From NCBI GenBank assembly GCA_963736855.1, contig CAVTQK010000009.1, forward strand, positions 1 to 64,000: a stretch of DNA of 64,000 nucleotides, read 5' to 3'. Under the pieces are notes generated by a model, which did no database searches, was not told the origin of the DNA, and saw only the letters and a program-made list of their open reading frames with translations. The DNA comes from an uncultured delta proteobacterium (GTDB lineage: Bacteria; Desulfobacterota; Desulfobacteria; Desulfobacterales; UBA2156). Positions within the stretch are counted from its first letter, which is position 1; every line of letters starts with the position of its first letter. Below are positions 48,237-59,313 of the stretch, one piece after another. A program made the position numbers and the translations under genes.

Positions 48237-50033
48237 CTACCTCCTTTTGATTTTCAAGAAGAGCTCTTCCAGTTGTTCCTTGCCGACGTCCGATGGCGCA
48301 TTGGTTAAAAGGCAAGAGGCCTTCTGGGTTTTCGGAAATGCGATAACGTCCCGGATGGATGTCTCCCGACAAAGAAGCATCACCAACCGATCGAACCCGA
48401 ATGCGATCCCCCCATGAGGAGGTGCTCCGGAGTCGAGCGCCGAGAGCAAGAAGCCGAATTTTTCCTCATAGTCCTCGGGTGGCAGACCCAAAACATGAAA
48501 TAATTTTTCCTGGAACTTCCTTTGATGATTGCGAATGCTTCCCCCACCGATTTCATACCCGTTGAGCACCAGGTCATAGGCGCGGGATCTTACAGAGAGC
48601 GGATCCGTATCGAGCAGCGGAATGTCCTCTTCCAGGGGTGCTGTAAATGGGTGGTGAAGGGCCTTGAAACGTTTCTCCGTTTCGTCGTATTCCAAAAGCG
48701 GAAAATGGGTAACCCAAACGAACTGAATTTGGCTCTCATCGATAAGACCCAGTTTTTTCCCCAGAAGGTTTCTCAGGCTCCCCATGGATTCGTTGGCAAC
48801 GCAAGATCGGTCGGCCACAAAAAACACAAGATCTCCCGGAGCCAAGTCCAGGCGACGGATCAGAAGGGCCTTTTCTTCTTCGGAAAAGTACTTCGCGATA
48901 GGTGATTGCCATTCGTTTTCTTTGATCTTGATCCACGCCAGTCCTTTGGCCCGGTAAATTTTCACGAATTCTGTCAGATCGTCGATTTCTTTTCGGGAAA
49001 ATCCACCGCATCTTTTGGCGTTCAGAGCCTTGACGATCCCCCCTTGTTTCACCGCGTTTGAAAAGAGATTAAAATTCGATCGGGAAAGGATATCCGAAAC
49101 ATCGCAAAGTTCCAGGGAAAACCGTGTATCCGGACGGTCCAAACCGAACCGATCCATCGCTTCGGTGTAGGTGATTCTCGGTAAAGGCGATGGAATGGTT
49201 TTTCCTAGTACGGCTTGAAAAATTCCGGAGACCATCCTCTCTGAAATCTCAATGATATCGTCTTCCCCGACAAAGGACATTTCCATATCGATCTGGGTGA
49301 ACTCCGGCTGCCGATCCGCCCGGAGATCCTCGTCTCTGAAGCATCGGACGATCTGATAATACCGGTCGAATCCGGAGATCATCAGAAGCTGCTTGAAAAG
49401 CTGAGGAGACTGGGGAAGAGCATAGAATTGTCCGGGGTTCAACCGGCTGGGGACTATGTAATCCCTGGCGCCTTCCGGCGTGCTTCGGGTCAGAAAAGGA
49501 GTTTCGATATCCACGAATCCGTTTAGGTTTAAAAAGTTCCGAACCGCCGTCGCGGCTTTATGCCGTGCCAGGATATTCTTCTGAAGCCTCGACCGTCGAA
49601 GATCGATATGCCGGAACTTGAGCCGGATCATCTCCGAGACATCGACGTCATCTTCGATGAGAAACGGCGGCGCCGAAGAGCGGTTGAGAATCCGAAGTTC
49701 GAAAACGAGCACTTCGATTTCTCCGGTTTCAAGAACCGGGTTGGTCATCCCTTCCGGTCTCCGGTCCACACGCCCCCGGACCGCGATGACGAATTCGCTG
49801 CGCAGGACATGGGCTTTCTGATGGACGGCGTCATCGACATCGGGGTTGAAAACTACCTGGGTGATCCCTTCCCGATCTCTTAAATCAATAAAGATCACGC
49901 CGCCATGATCTCTTCGGCGCTGGACCCAACCCATGAGCACCACCTCTTTTCCCGCGTCGCTTGCACGAAGAGCGTTACAGTGGTGAGTCCGTCGCAGATC
50001 TCCGAGGGCATCCATGTCCATCATATCCGGCAT
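48237..50033 (-). CDS. aspS: Aspartate--tRNA ligase (probably non-discriminating)
   Basis: [59 protein letters not shown]. Confidence 0.97.
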   Translation of the reverse strand: MPDMMDMDALGDLRRTHHCNALRASDAGKEVVLMGWVQRRRDHGGVIFIDLRDREGITQVVFNPDVDDAVHQKAHVLRSEFVIAVRGRVDRRPEGMTNPVLETGEIEVLVFELRILNRSSAPPFLIEDDVDVSEMIRLKFRHIDLRRSRLQKNILARHKAATAVRNFLNLNGFVDIETPFLTRSTPEGARDYIVPSRLNPGQFYALPQSPQLFKQLLMISGFDRYYQIVRCFRDEDLRADRQPEFTQIDMEMSFVGEDDIIEISERMVSGIFQAVLGKTIPSPLPRITYTEAMDRFGLDRPDTRFSLELCDVSDILSRSNFNLFSNAVKQGGIVKALNAKRCGGFSRKEIDDLTEFVKIYRAKGLAWIKIKENEWQSPIAKYFSEEEKALLIRRLDLAPGDLVFFVADRSCVANESMGSLRNLLGKKLGLIDESQIQFVWVTHFPLLEYDETEKRFKALHHPFTAPLEEDIPLLDTDPLSVRSRAYDLVLNGYEIGGGSIRNHQRKFQEKLFHVLGLPPEDYEEKFGFLLSALDSGAPPHGGIAFGFDRLVMLLCRETSIRDVIAFPKTQKASCLLTNAPSDVGKEQLEELFLKIKRR

Positions 50034-50090
50034 CTTTTTTCTTTCGGTTATCTCTTACGTAGAGGTTCGGGTTTCATGATGCGCTGCATT

Positions 50091-51353
50091 TCAGGTAGTA
50101 TTTACAATCCGCTCGATCACCGTCTGCATCAGCATGGAAAAAGGAACGGCCTCCTGCCGGGCCTCGCCCATATCCCGCAGCACCGCGGTTTTTTCTGAAA
50201 GTTCTTCTTCACCGATGATAATCACATACCGGGAGGCCAGTTTATCGGCCCGTTTCATCTGGGCTTTCAGCCCGCGATCGCCGAAATCCATCTCGGCGGG
50301 GATCCCTTTTTCGTTCAGCCGGCATACCCATTCGAATGCTTTTTCCTGGCTTTCCCTCCCGATGGCGGCGATGAACACCTTCGGATTTCCGGTTGGCAAC
50401 TCGTCATCCTTTTTCAAGATTTCCGCCAGGCGATCCAGCCCGATGGCAAACCCTGTGGCCGGGATCTCGGGTCCGCCCAGCGCTTTTACCAAGCCGTCAT
50501 ACCGACCACCGCCGGCGATGGCATTCTGCGCCCCCAGCGCATGGGTTTGGATTTCAAAAGTGCTTCGGGTGTAATAGTCGAGCCCGCGGACCAGCCGGGG
50601 ATCCGGGACATAAGCCACCCCAAGAACGGTTAACGCCGCCTTAAACCTTTGGAAATGTTCCTGGCAGTCTGGGCACAGAAACGCCACCATGTCGGGGGCT
50701 TGCGCCATGGCCTCACGGCATGAGGGCACTTTACAATCCAACAGTCGTAAGGGATTTTTCGTTTTGCGACGGGCGCAATCGGCACAAAGCTCGACATCCA
50801 TGCCAACGACATGCTCCATAAGTGCCTTTTTAAATGCCGGCCGGCAAACCGGACAGCCGAGAGAATTGATATGAGCGGTTGTATCCGAAACACCCAGTTT
50901 CGAAAAAAGGATTTTCAGGATGAACACGAGTTGGGCGTCAATCAATGGCGAATCGCTACCGAGGACCTCGGCGTTAATCTGATAAAATTGACGATATCTT
51001 CCCTTCTGGGGACGCTCCCTCCTGAACATGGGTCCGGTGGTGAAAAGCTTATGAAAGGGATCCCCTGCGTAGAGTTTGTGCTGAATATAGGATCGGACAA
51101 TGGAAGCCGTCGCCTCCGGTCGCAATGTAACGGGATCCCCTTTTCGGTCCTCAAAGGTATACATTTCCTTTTCAACGATATCGGTGTCCTTGCCGATGCT
51201 CCTGGCAAAAAGTTCGGTTTTTTCAAGAATCGGGATGCGGATTTCCCGAAATCCAAAATCCGATAAAACGGCCCTCGCCGTATCCTCAATGACCTGCCAG
51301 CGCTCTGATTCCCCGGGAAGAATGTCCCGAAATCCTCGAATCAGTTGAATCAT
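50091..51353 (-). CDS. hisS: Histidine--tRNA ligase
   Basis: KEMYTF, LRPEATA, FRRERPQKGRYRQF, LVRGLDYY, GGGRYDGL. Confidence 0.97.
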   Translation of the reverse strand: MIQLIRGFRDILPGESERWQVIEDTARAVLSDFGFREIRIPILEKTELFARSIGKDTDIVEKEMYTFEDRKGDPVTLRPEATASIVRSYIQHKLYAGDPFHKLFTTGPMFRRERPQKGRYRQFYQINAEVLGSDSPLIDAQLVFILKILFSKLGVSDTTAHINSLGCPVCRPAFKKALMEHVVGMDVELCADCARRKTKNPLRLLDCKVPSCREAMAQAPDMVAFLCPDCQEHFQRFKAALTVLGVAYVPDPRLVRGLDYYTRSTFEIQTHALGAQNAIAGGGRYDGLVKALGGPEIPATGFAIGLDRLAEILKKDDELPTGNPKVFIAAIGRESQEKAFEWVCRLNEKGIPAEMDFGDRGLKAQMKRADKLASRYVIIIGEEELSEKTAVLRDMGEARQEAVPFSMLMQTVIERIVNTT

Positions 51354-51651
51354 TTTCCCCGTCACCTATGGTTTCCAGCGGTTTTGCATGGATGCGTCTG
51401 CCCGTTTATGATGACACAAACTGATTTTAATACTCTTCCGACGACTGAAAAGTCAACATGAAGTTACTTTATTCCCGGAAACTATCCTACCAAGCAAATA
51501 CGAGGTTACCTGAATACTAGGTGAGCAAGTCATCGGATCAACCGAGAAACACAGGTAACCCATAATCCATTCGGGATGAGGACGGCTAAAAAAGGGAGAA
51601 CCCGTGCGGAAGAAATGAGCCCGTTCCGATGATGCAGACCGATTCGATGGG

Positions 51652-54600
51652 TCAAATCCTCTTGAGCGAAAGGGGGGGGTCCAGTCTTTGATTGGCGGCT
51701 TTAAGCTGCGCATCACCCGATATGACCGCCACGGCGTGGGAAGCTTCTTCACCGCTGAAATAACGCCGTGCGGCCTGAATGACCTGATCCCGGGTGAGGA
51801 CCAGAAGCGTTTCCTTGAAACGCTGCCGGTCGTCGTCGGAAAGGGAAATCAGGCTTCGGACAAAGGCCTTCTTGGCAGCAGGACCGGGAGGATCCGGCCG
51901 ATCAATTTCGGAGCAGACCTGCAGGAGGGCCTCCTTCACATCCGTGTTTGTGTAGTCTCCGGAGCAGATGAATGTCGCCGCTTTATCGTAGGTGTTCAAT
52001 GTCTCGACGATATGGGGATCCCGATACGAGCACAGGCTGAAAATACCAGTCTCCGGGTTATAGACGGCAAAAGCACCGTAGGCTCCGCCTTTTTCCCGGA
52101 TCTCTCGATGCAGATACGAAGACCGGAGGAGCTTGGCGATGACGGAAAGCGCCGGTGCATCCTCATGGACCATCCGCACAACCCTGAAAGACTTAGCCAC
52201 GAAAGAGACCGCCGATGCCGTGCTCCATCCCTCGCGAATCACACCACTATCGATTTTCATTGGAGGGGGGGCAAATCGAACCGTCGTAAGACCGGCTGGA
52301 GCAATACGTGACAAAAAGGAAGCGCGGCTCACACAGTCGGCGGCCTGCCGAATAGCTGCGGCGTCGCCGATGAAGGCCATTCGGATATTTTGCGGCTGAA
52401 ATACTCGTTTCCCGATTGCGTCAAGCCACTTTGCAAGTGCCGGCAGGTCTTCATCTCCGGCATCGGCCTTGAGATCTTTGATCGCTTTAAGCTGGGACAC
52501 CCCATTCCAAATCTCGTCCAGAGCGGTAGTGGGGGAAAAATTTCTGGATGCCAGAGACATGGCCAGCCGATGTCCGTTGTGGACCACCCCGGTTTCCAAA
52601 CCCGCCCGATATTCATGGAGAAGGGTTTCCAATCGAGACAAATCGAACATATCAAACGCCGGAAGGATTTCGTCTATTATCTCGAACACTTTATCCTGGT
52701 TCCGGTTCAGGCATTTGGCGCCCGATAAGATAAACGGCGCAGTCTCACCCAATATGTCGTGGCGGGCCCGGGAGTTTGCGGAAAAGCCGATCCCACCGGC
52801 CCACCGGTCGATCCTTTTGGCCATCTTGACATAATCGTTTACATGCGTGCCGATTTTGGAGAGGACATAACAGAAAAAAGGGACCAAGGGCAGGGTATCT
52901 TCGGCGAGCCCTGCGACTCCGGCAGCCGCTGCAAAATATAAAATGCCGGCAGTAGGTTGTTCGTAGCAGACAGCCGGGGTCTTTTCAAAATCAGAGGGCG
53001 TCATCCGAACCACATGCGGCGGGATGTCTTCGATTTCCAGTGTCGGCAAAACGGAGACGGGCTCCTCGGATTCCTGCAGCGCCAGCAGAGCGCGGGCATC
53101 GTCCTGAATTTTTTTGATCTCCTTTTCGGTAAGGTTTTTTTTAATGGCTTCCAATTTATCGCGGGTTTGGGACGCAATCTTCTCATCCATTTCCGAATCC
53201 GGAGAAAGCGTTAAAAGGATCCGGTGGGGATTATCAAGGAAAAATCGACGGATCGCTTCTTCGAAAAATGGACCTTTTTCCAGTGCGGCGAGGATCTTTT
53301 CCAGATCTGCCTCGAACATCAGCCGTTGAAATGGATCCCCCCCGTGCAGCCAGGATCCGAAAGAGGCCATGAGGAGCTTGATTCCGTATGGAAAGGGATG
53401 ATGCGTCACCTCTTTCCGATGGAACTCCAGTTGGTGGATGGCGGACTCAACCAGCTCTTTCTCGATTCCCTGGTCGGCCAGCCGGTTCAGTGTCTCAAAC
53501 ACGATGGTCTCCACATCGCCGGAACGCGCCGCCTCGATATCTTTCAGTCCGCAGGAAAACAGAGTGTCCCGATAATCCGATTCATATCCGGTTCCATCGG
53601 AAAGGGCGCTTCCCAACCGGGAATCCATGAGGGATTTCCTCAAAGGGGAGGCGGCGTTTCCCAAAAGGATCTCCGACAGAAGCGTCAGCGTCAGGATATC
53701 GAGGGATTTCCGCACGTCCGCTGTCAACCAGGCCACGCACGCCTGGGATTTTCTGGAACCGTCTTCACCCGGACTCAAGGGGTAGAAATAGCGCGCCTTC
53801 CTGGATTTGGCCCAGCGCTTTTGTGGAGCAATATCGGTTTCCGGGTCAATTCGGCCGAACCGATCCAGGACCGTTGGGGAAATGAAAGTCAGATGGTCTT
53901 TTAAAGGCAAGTTACCGTAAGTATAAAAAAAAGCGTTGCTCGGATGATAATGCGTTTCGTGGAATTGCTTCAATTGTTCATAAGTCAAATCCGGGATCTT
54001 GAGAGGATCGCCGCCCGAATTATACTGGTAGGTGGTAGAGGGGTACAGGGCGTTGAGAATGGATCGCACCATCACCTCGTCTGGGGACGACATGGCGCCT
54101 TTCATTTCATTGTAAACCACCCCTTTGAAAGTCAACAGTAATTCCTGGGAGTTTGCCGAATCCCCTTCGATCTCGAGCCGATGCCCTTCCTGTTTGAAAC
54201 TGAGAGCGTCCAGCTTGGGGTAAAACACGGCATCCAGATAGACGTCCATCAGGTTGTAAAAGTCTTTCCGGTTTTGGGTCGAAAATGGATAGATGGTGGC
54301 ATCCGGGGCCGTAAAAGCATTCATGAAGGTACTCAGGCTTCGCTTGAGCATTGAAAAAAAAGGGTCTCTCACCGGAAAGCGTTTCGAGCCGCATAATACC
54401 GTGTGTTCCAGGATATGGGCTATCCCCGTGGAATCCCTGGGGACGGTCTTGAAGGTCACGCCGAAGGCATTTTCCATGTCGTTGTTGGCAATATGCAGAT
54501 GCCGGGCGCCGGTGGCTTCGTGTTGAAGCTCGATAATGACGGCATCGATGCGCTTAAACGGCATACATCGAATCACCAAGTACCCTGATATACGCTGACC

Positions 54601-54660
54601 TTCCGAAAATTTTTCCTGACGAGTATCCGCTTTTTTCACAAATCCTTCTTTCAAATCCAC
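51652..54660 (-). CDS. Insulinase-family M16C presequence protease (PreP-like)
   Basis: HILEHTVLCGS inverted zinc motif, MNAFT, KGVVYNEMKG, IREKGGAYG, SYRDP. Confidence 0.93.
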   Translation of the reverse strand: MDLKEGFVKKADTRQEKFSEGQRISGYLVIRCMPFKRIDAVIIELQHEATGARHLHIANNDMENAFGVTFKTVPRDSTGIAHILEHTVLCGSKRFPVRDPFFSMLKRSLSTFMNAFTAPDATIYPFSTQNRKDFYNLMDVYLDAVFYPKLDALSFKQEGHRLEIEGDSANSQELLLTFKGVVYNEMKGAMSSPDEVMVRSILNALYPSTTYQYNSGGDPLKIPDLTYEQLKQFHETHYHPSNAFFYTYGNLPLKDHLTFISPTVLDRFGRIDPETDIAPQKRWAKSRKARYFYPLSPGEDGSRKSQACVAWLTADVRKSLDILTLTLLSEILLGNAASPLRKSLMDSRLGSALSDGTGYESDYRDTLFSCGLKDIEAARSGDVETIVFETLNRLADQGIEKELVESAIHQLEFHRKEVTHHPFPYGIKLLMASFGSWLHGGDPFQRLMFEADLEKILAALEKGPFFEEAIRRFFLDNPHRILLTLSPDSEMDEKIASQTRDKLEAIKKNLTEKEIKKIQDDARALLALQESEEPVSVLPTLEIEDIPPHVVRMTPSDFEKTPAVCYEQPTAGILYFAAAAGVAGLAEDTLPLVPFFCYVLSKIGTHVNDYVKMAKRIDRWAGGIGFSANSRARHDILGETAPFILSGAKCLNRNQDKVFEIIDEILPAFDMFDLSRLETLLHEYRAGLETGVVHNGHRLAMSLASRNFSPTTALDEIWNGVSQLKAIKDLKADAGDEDLPALAKWLDAIGKRVFQPQNIRMAFIGDAAAIRQAADCVSRASFLSRIAPAGLTTVRFAPPPMKIDSGVIREGWSTASAVSFVAKSFRVVRMVHEDAPALSVIAKLLRSSYLHREIREKGGAYGAFAVYNPETGIFSLCSYRDPHIVETLNTYDKAATFICSGDYTNTDVKEALLQVCSEIDRPDPPGPAAKKAFVRSLISLSDDDRQRFKETLLVLTRDQVIQAARRYFSGEEASHAVAVISGDAQLKAANQRLDPPLSLKRI

Positions 54661-54782
54661 TCGTAGGGTTGCAACCAGTCCAAATCGAATTTCAGCTAAC
54701 GTCTCTATGATTTTTTTGGAAGCCTTTTCCTACAGACACCCGAACATATTTTAGCAAACGGTTCTTTCTAATCATGGCCGTA

Positions 54783-55157
54783 TTAAGCGCTGATGTAAAT
54801 GCCGCGGCCCTTTCTCTTGATTTTTTCCAGCTTGTTCAGCCGGAAAATGATGTTTCGCAGTTTTTTATCGTCAAAGCCGGTTTGAGCATGAATTCCCGCT
54901 ATGTCTGTTCCGTCTTTTTGCTTCCGGATTACTTCCAATACGCGGTCCGTCGCATTGCCTCCGGATTTTTCCCGGATCGCTCTTTTCTTCCGGGATCCGG
55001 AAGAAATCTGATTCGTCAGGGCCTTGATCTGGCCTTCAATGCGCTCCATCCCCTTAAAAAGCTTTTCCACATCGCGCTTGGTGGGAATATGATATGCCTG
55101 CATGAAAAATTTCACCATGGCGTCAAAACTCACTGGCTTTCCTCTTCTCTTGATCAT
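54783..55157 (-). CDS. Hypothetical protein, coiled coil plus C-terminal winged-helix-like domain
   Basis: AAGGAG RBS; IPTKRDVEKL...; TGFDDKKLRNIIFRL...RGIY. Confidence 0.75.
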   Translation of the reverse strand: MIKRRGKPVSFDAMVKFFMQAYHIPTKRDVEKLFKGMERIEGQIKALTNQISSGSRKKRAIREKSGGNATDRVLEVIRKQKDGTDIAGIHAQTGFDDKKLRNIIFRLNKLEKIKRKGRGIYISA

Positions 55158-55376
55158 GTCTCCTCCTTTATCTTGTTTGATGCTAAAACGGTCATGATAT
55201 TTTAATAACTACTTGTTCCATAAGGAAAAGTCAAGTTCACATCAATTTCCCGTCTGATCGAATGGATTGAAATGATTTGAAACCCAACAACCTTAATGCT
55301 ATTTCATGGCATCGTAAAAGAGAATGAAAATGCTTATCCCCATTTAAAGGATTCGATGCCCCCAACGCTTGAGGCC

Positions 55377-55853
55377 ATGAATATCTTTAGGAAGATCCAT
55401 TTCCGCATCCACGATTTTTTACTGAAGGTTAAAAGCCTGGAAGGAGATCCTCATTTTATCGCACTGGGTCTTGCCATCGGCGTCTTTGTGGGGGTAACCC
55501 CCACCATCCCTTTTCATACCATTCTGGCGGTGGCCCTGGCGTTTCTTTTCAGATGCAGCAAGGCTGCGGCGGCCATCGGCGTCTGGTTCAGCAATCCCGT
55601 CACCATCCCCCTTTTTTATTTCTTAAGCTATCGCATAGGGACTTTTCTTTTCAGCATCTCGCCTTTTGATGCCCATCCCCGAACAGTCTTGGAATTGATG
55701 AAGGTAGGAGCGGATATTACGACAGCCATGCTCATTGGGGGAGTAATCCTGGGAATTCTGCCGGGTATCGCCGCTTATTTTACGACCCGAAGGTTGATCT
55801 GCCGATGGCAGGAAAAAAAGAGAGATGGCCGGGACAACCGCCGGGAGAAATAG
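55377..55853 (+). CDS. DUF2062 membrane protein
   Basis: PHFIALGLAIGVFVGVTP...SNPVT. Confidence 0.85.
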   Translation: MNIFRKIHFRIHDFLLKVKSLEGDPHFIALGLAIGVFVGVTPTIPFHTILAVALAFLFRCSKAAAAIGVWFSNPVTIPLFYFLSYRIGTFLFSISPFDAHPRTVLELMKVGADITTAMLIGGVILGILPGIAAYFTTRRLICRWQEKKRDGRDNRREK

Positions 55854-55878
55854 AAAGTCGGGGGCATAGCCTTCGCTT

Positions 55879-56454
55879 TTAACGGATAGAGAGAAAGAAT
55901 CGATGCTCCTTTTTCGAAAACTGCTTTTCATGCTCGTCTCCTTGCTGCGAGAAAAGCAATTGATCGGTTTCGAAGCCTAAATTCTTGGCCCTTTGGATCA
56001 AGAAATCGATTATCGTCGTGGGTAGTTTAGTATCCCTCGCCAGAATCCACAGATAGGACCGGGTATTTCCGCACACCAGAGCGTATGAATAATTCTGATG
56101 ATCAAGCTCAATAATATTGTACCCGCCATAAAACGGTCCGAAGAAAGAAACCTTGAATTGACCTTGATCGAATCCGGAAACGAAATGACCCCGTCCCACG
56201 GCCTCCTTCCACACGTTTAATTCAGGATCAAACCCCTCGTTGACGACATGCAGGCTCCCGTCTTCCTTTAGGGTGTAGATTCCCTTCACATGAGTCAGAC
56301 CTCTTTCGAATGAGTGATCCAGCCTTGCGATTTCATACCAAGTACCCAGGTACCGGTGCACATCGAATCCCTTTACGGCGGTGACCCCTTTCGGGATTTG
56401 TGCACATCCACATAGGGCAAACAAAAGCATGAACAGAGCTTTTTTCACAGCCAT
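55879..56454 (-). CDS. blc: Lipocalin lipoprotein
   Basis: Lipobox, FD..RYLGTWYEIARLDHSFERGL, VSFFGPFYGGY, YLWILAR. Confidence 0.93.
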   Translation of the reverse strand: MAVKKALFMLLFALCGCAQIPKGVTAVKGFDVHRYLGTWYEIARLDHSFERGLTHVKGIYTLKEDGSLHVVNEGFDPELNVWKEAVGRGHFVSGFDQGQFKVSFFGPFYGGYNIIELDHQNYSYALVCGNTRSYLWILARDTKLPTTIIDFLIQRAKNLGFETDQLLFSQQGDEHEKQFSKKEHRFFLSIR

Positions 56455-56569
56455 TCCTCAAATCGATTACGAGTTTGATGCCAACATCTCTCAAATTTCA
56501 TAAGGATATCTTTTCCCCCATGCAGGTTTAAAACACCGGGTCAGATCCATCTGATGTAGCACTTTGAAA

Positions 56570-57262
56570 TCACTTATTGCCTGTCAGAAATACAAGCACA
56601 TCAACCATTAAACCGTTGATGGCTCGGTATTTCTTGGACGAGGACGAGAGGATGGTCGTTTCCGGTTGCACGTACTCGGATGGAATCAGTTCTGCGCGGC
56701 AGTTCGATACCATCTCTTGTGCGGATTCCGGTGTGGTTTCAAGGTGAAACTGCAACCCGATCACGGACCGGCCGAGCTGAAAGGCTTGGTTTACACAAGC
56801 CTCACTTCGCGCCAGATGGAACGCACCGCACGGCAGGTCAAACATCTCCCCGTGCCAGTGAAAAACTTCCACCGAAGTTGGAAATCGAAACGTCGACGGA
56901 TCGCTCGACGGAACAGCCTCTATGGGAAACCACCCGATCTCTTTTACGGGGTTCGGATATACCCGGGCACCCATCGCACTCGCAATCAGTTGGGCACCCA
57001 GGCAGACTCCCAAAACCGGCTTTCCGGCCTCGATGACGCTGCGAATGAAGAGCTTTTCCTGGACAAGCCATGGAAATTTAATCTCATCGTTGACGCTCAT
57101 GGGTCCGCCCATCACGATGAGCAGGTCGATTGCTTCGAGTTGCGGCAATGCCGCCGTCTCAAAGAGCCGGGTACACGTTATCGTGTATCCAGCTAACTTC
57201 AGCCATGCCTCAATGCTGCCGAGGCCTTCAAACGGAATATGTTGAAAATAGTGTGCACGCAT
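56570..57262 (-). CDS. Class I glutamine amidotransferase (GMP synthase-like)
   Basis: GGPMS, GVCLGAQL, WHGE, QFHLE triad. Confidence 0.92.
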   Translation of the reverse strand: MRAHYFQHIPFEGLGSIEAWLKLAGYTITCTRLFETAALPQLEAIDLLIVMGGPMSVNDEIKFPWLVQEKLFIRSVIEAGKPVLGVCLGAQLIASAMGARVYPNPVKEIGWFPIEAVPSSDPSTFRFPTSVEVFHWHGEMFDLPCGAFHLARSEACVNQAFQLGRSVIGLQFHLETTPESAQEMVSNCRAELIPSEYVQPETTILSSSSKKYRAINGLMVDVLVFLTGNK

Positions 57263-58105
57263 TTAGAGATTCCGGGCACTGAATGTATCGCCTTCGTTCA
57301 TATTGCCCGATCGGAATCCTTTATCAAACCATCCCTTTCGCTGCTCAGAGGTTCCGTGTGTAAAACTATCCGGCACGACGTAACCACGTGTACTTTTTTG
57401 AATTCGGTCATCACCAACGGCACTGGCGGCGTTGAGGGCTTCTTCAAGATCGCCTTCCTCAAGCAGGTTCATTCTTTTCACATAATGGGCCCATACTCCG
57501 GCAAAATAGTCGGCCTGTAATTCAAAGCGCACAAGATATTTATTAAAGTCCCTTTCGCCGAGTCTTGAGCGTAGAGACATCAACTTGTCATGGATGCCAA
57601 GAAGCTTTTGAACATGGTGTCCCACTTCATGGGCAATCACATACGCTACGGCAAAATCACCCGGCGCTTGAAATCTTTTCTGAAGCTCATCACAGAAACT
57701 TAAATCGATATACACTTTTTGATCTCCGGGGCAATAGAACGGGCCGGTGGCTGCACTGGCAAACCCGCATGCAGACTGCACACTGCCGGTATAAAGCACC
57801 AGATTCGGATAACTGTAGCGCAACCCTTCCCGGCGGAACAACTCGCTCCAAACTTCTTCGGTCTCGGCCAGAACCACCGATACGAATTGAGCCAGTTGTT
57901 CTTCTTCGGCCGTTCGCTGTTGCGGAATCGCGGTCTCTGAATTGTTTAGCTGTGTCATCTGTATAAGTTGTGTCGGATCACCACCCAGAAGATAAATGGC
58001 GACCACGAGTATGATAGTTCCAATTCCGCCGCCCACCACCCCTTTTTTGACAAGTCCCCTCTGGTCTTGAACATTTGAGCTTCCTCTTCGGCCTTTCCAG
58101 AGCAT
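57263..58105 (-). CDS. Neutral zinc metallopeptidase (YpfJ-like)
   Basis: GPFYCP.D, AHEVGHHVQ, ELQAD, FTHGTS. Confidence 0.92.
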   Translation of the reverse strand: MLWKGRRGSSNVQDQRGLVKKGVVGGGIGTIILVVAIYLLGGDPTQLIQMTQLNNSETAIPQQRTAEEEQLAQFVSVVLAETEEVWSELFRREGLRYSYPNLVLYTGSVQSACGFASAATGPFYCPGDQKVYIDLSFCDELQKRFQAPGDFAVAYVIAHEVGHHVQKLLGIHDKLMSLRSRLGERDFNKYLVRFELQADYFAGVWAHYVKRMNLLEEGDLEEALNAASAVGDDRIQKSTRGYVVPDSFTHGTSEQRKGWFDKGFRSGNMNEGDTFSARNL

Positions 58106-58325
58106 TGCATTTCCCTCCTTGTTCAATCTCCTTCAGGTCAACCTCATGAAATTGCTTCATCTTTACGCTGATGAGGCGCAGATGCATCGCGCTTACTCTA
58201 TTTAATATACATTATCATATGTCGGTAAAGGAATCTACAAGACCAACATTAAAAATCGGCATCCCTTTTTGAACACAAAAAATGGGCATAAATCATAAAA
58301 TTTCGGTAAAGTCGAAATATCCGGG

Positions 58326-59312
58326 TTAGAGCGATTCGGGACGGTGGGGTTTGCCTAAAGCCGATGGTGCGGTCCCGGAGAAAAAATCCAGAAAAGATTT
58401 CATCCAGGGGCGGTATCGGGCTGCTTCTTGTGTCGCTGTCTTCCGGGCATAGGAAATGATCAGGAGGGTGAAAATCATGAGCGGAAACGGGGCCACCTGG
58501 AAGACCTGCGCCGGAACAGAAGGGATCCATCCCTGAAAATAAATACCCAGGACCTGCAAAAGGGAAAAAAGGTAGGCACCGGCGGCAGCGCGAACCGGGT
58601 GCCACCCGCCGAAGATGACCAGGGCCAGGGCGATCCAACCGGTCCCCTCTGCACCCTGGGGGCGGCCCCATCCGGGCTTGACAAACAGAGAAAATGCAGC
58701 ACCGGCGGCCCCCACCAGCACTCCGCCGGCTAAGGCATAGACCCACTGGAGACTTGCCGGGTTATCCCCTCGGGTAAAGGCTGCCTTGGGATCCTCCCCG
58801 ACCGCCCGCAGCCGAAGCCCCATCGGTGTCCGGTAGATATAAGCCCAGCAAAACCCGATTAACGCCAGGCTCGCATAGACCATCCAGTTGTGATGAAAGA
58901 AAATCGGGCCCAAAACCGGAACGTCGGATAGAAATGGGATCGGAAATGCTGAAAACTGTGGGCCGTGGAGGCGGGCATAAGGATTTCCGAGAAAATAGGC
59001 TAGATCTCGGGTGGTTAGCGTGAGCACAAACCCTACCGCCACCTGCGATTGTCCCAGCCAAAGACTGAAAAGAGCCACCACAGCAGCGACAAGGGCTCCT
59101 GCCAGACATGCCGCCAGGAACCCCAGGATCGCATTTTGGGTTTCGAAAGCGACCATAAACGCTACCATGGCACTGAGTAAAATGGTGCCGTCCAGGGACA
59201 GGTTGACGATGCCCGTCTTTTCCGTCAATGTTTCCCCGAGAGTGGCTAAAAGGATAGGCGTAGCGCCCGAGACGACTCCGGAGAGCAAAAGAATCCATTC
59301 GAGCCCGCTCAT
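58326..59312 (-). CDS. ABC transporter permease (nucleoside/CUT2-type)
   Basis: LGE..EK.G..NL..G, GLRLRAVGE.P, GWIALALVIFG. Confidence 0.9.
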   Translation of the reverse strand: MSGLEWILLLSGVVSGATPILLATLGETLTEKTGIVNLSLDGTILLSAMVAFMVAFETQNAILGFLAACLAGALVAAVVALFSLWLGQSQVAVGFVLTLTTRDLAYFLGNPYARLHGPQFSAFPIPFLSDVPVLGPIFFHHNWMVYASLALIGFCWAYIYRTPMGLRLRAVGEDPKAAFTRGDNPASLQWVYALAGGVLVGAAGAAFSLFVKPGWGRPQGAEGTGWIALALVIFGGWHPVRAAAGAYLFSLLQVLGIYFQGWIPSVPAQVFQVAPFPLMIFTLLIISYARKTATQEAARYRPWMKSFLDFFSGTAPSALGKPHRPESL

Positions 59313-59313
59313 T

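Noticed and set aside
51370..51650. Possible ncRNA between hisS and the M16 peptidase
   Set aside because: No recognisable family motif or convincing long stem
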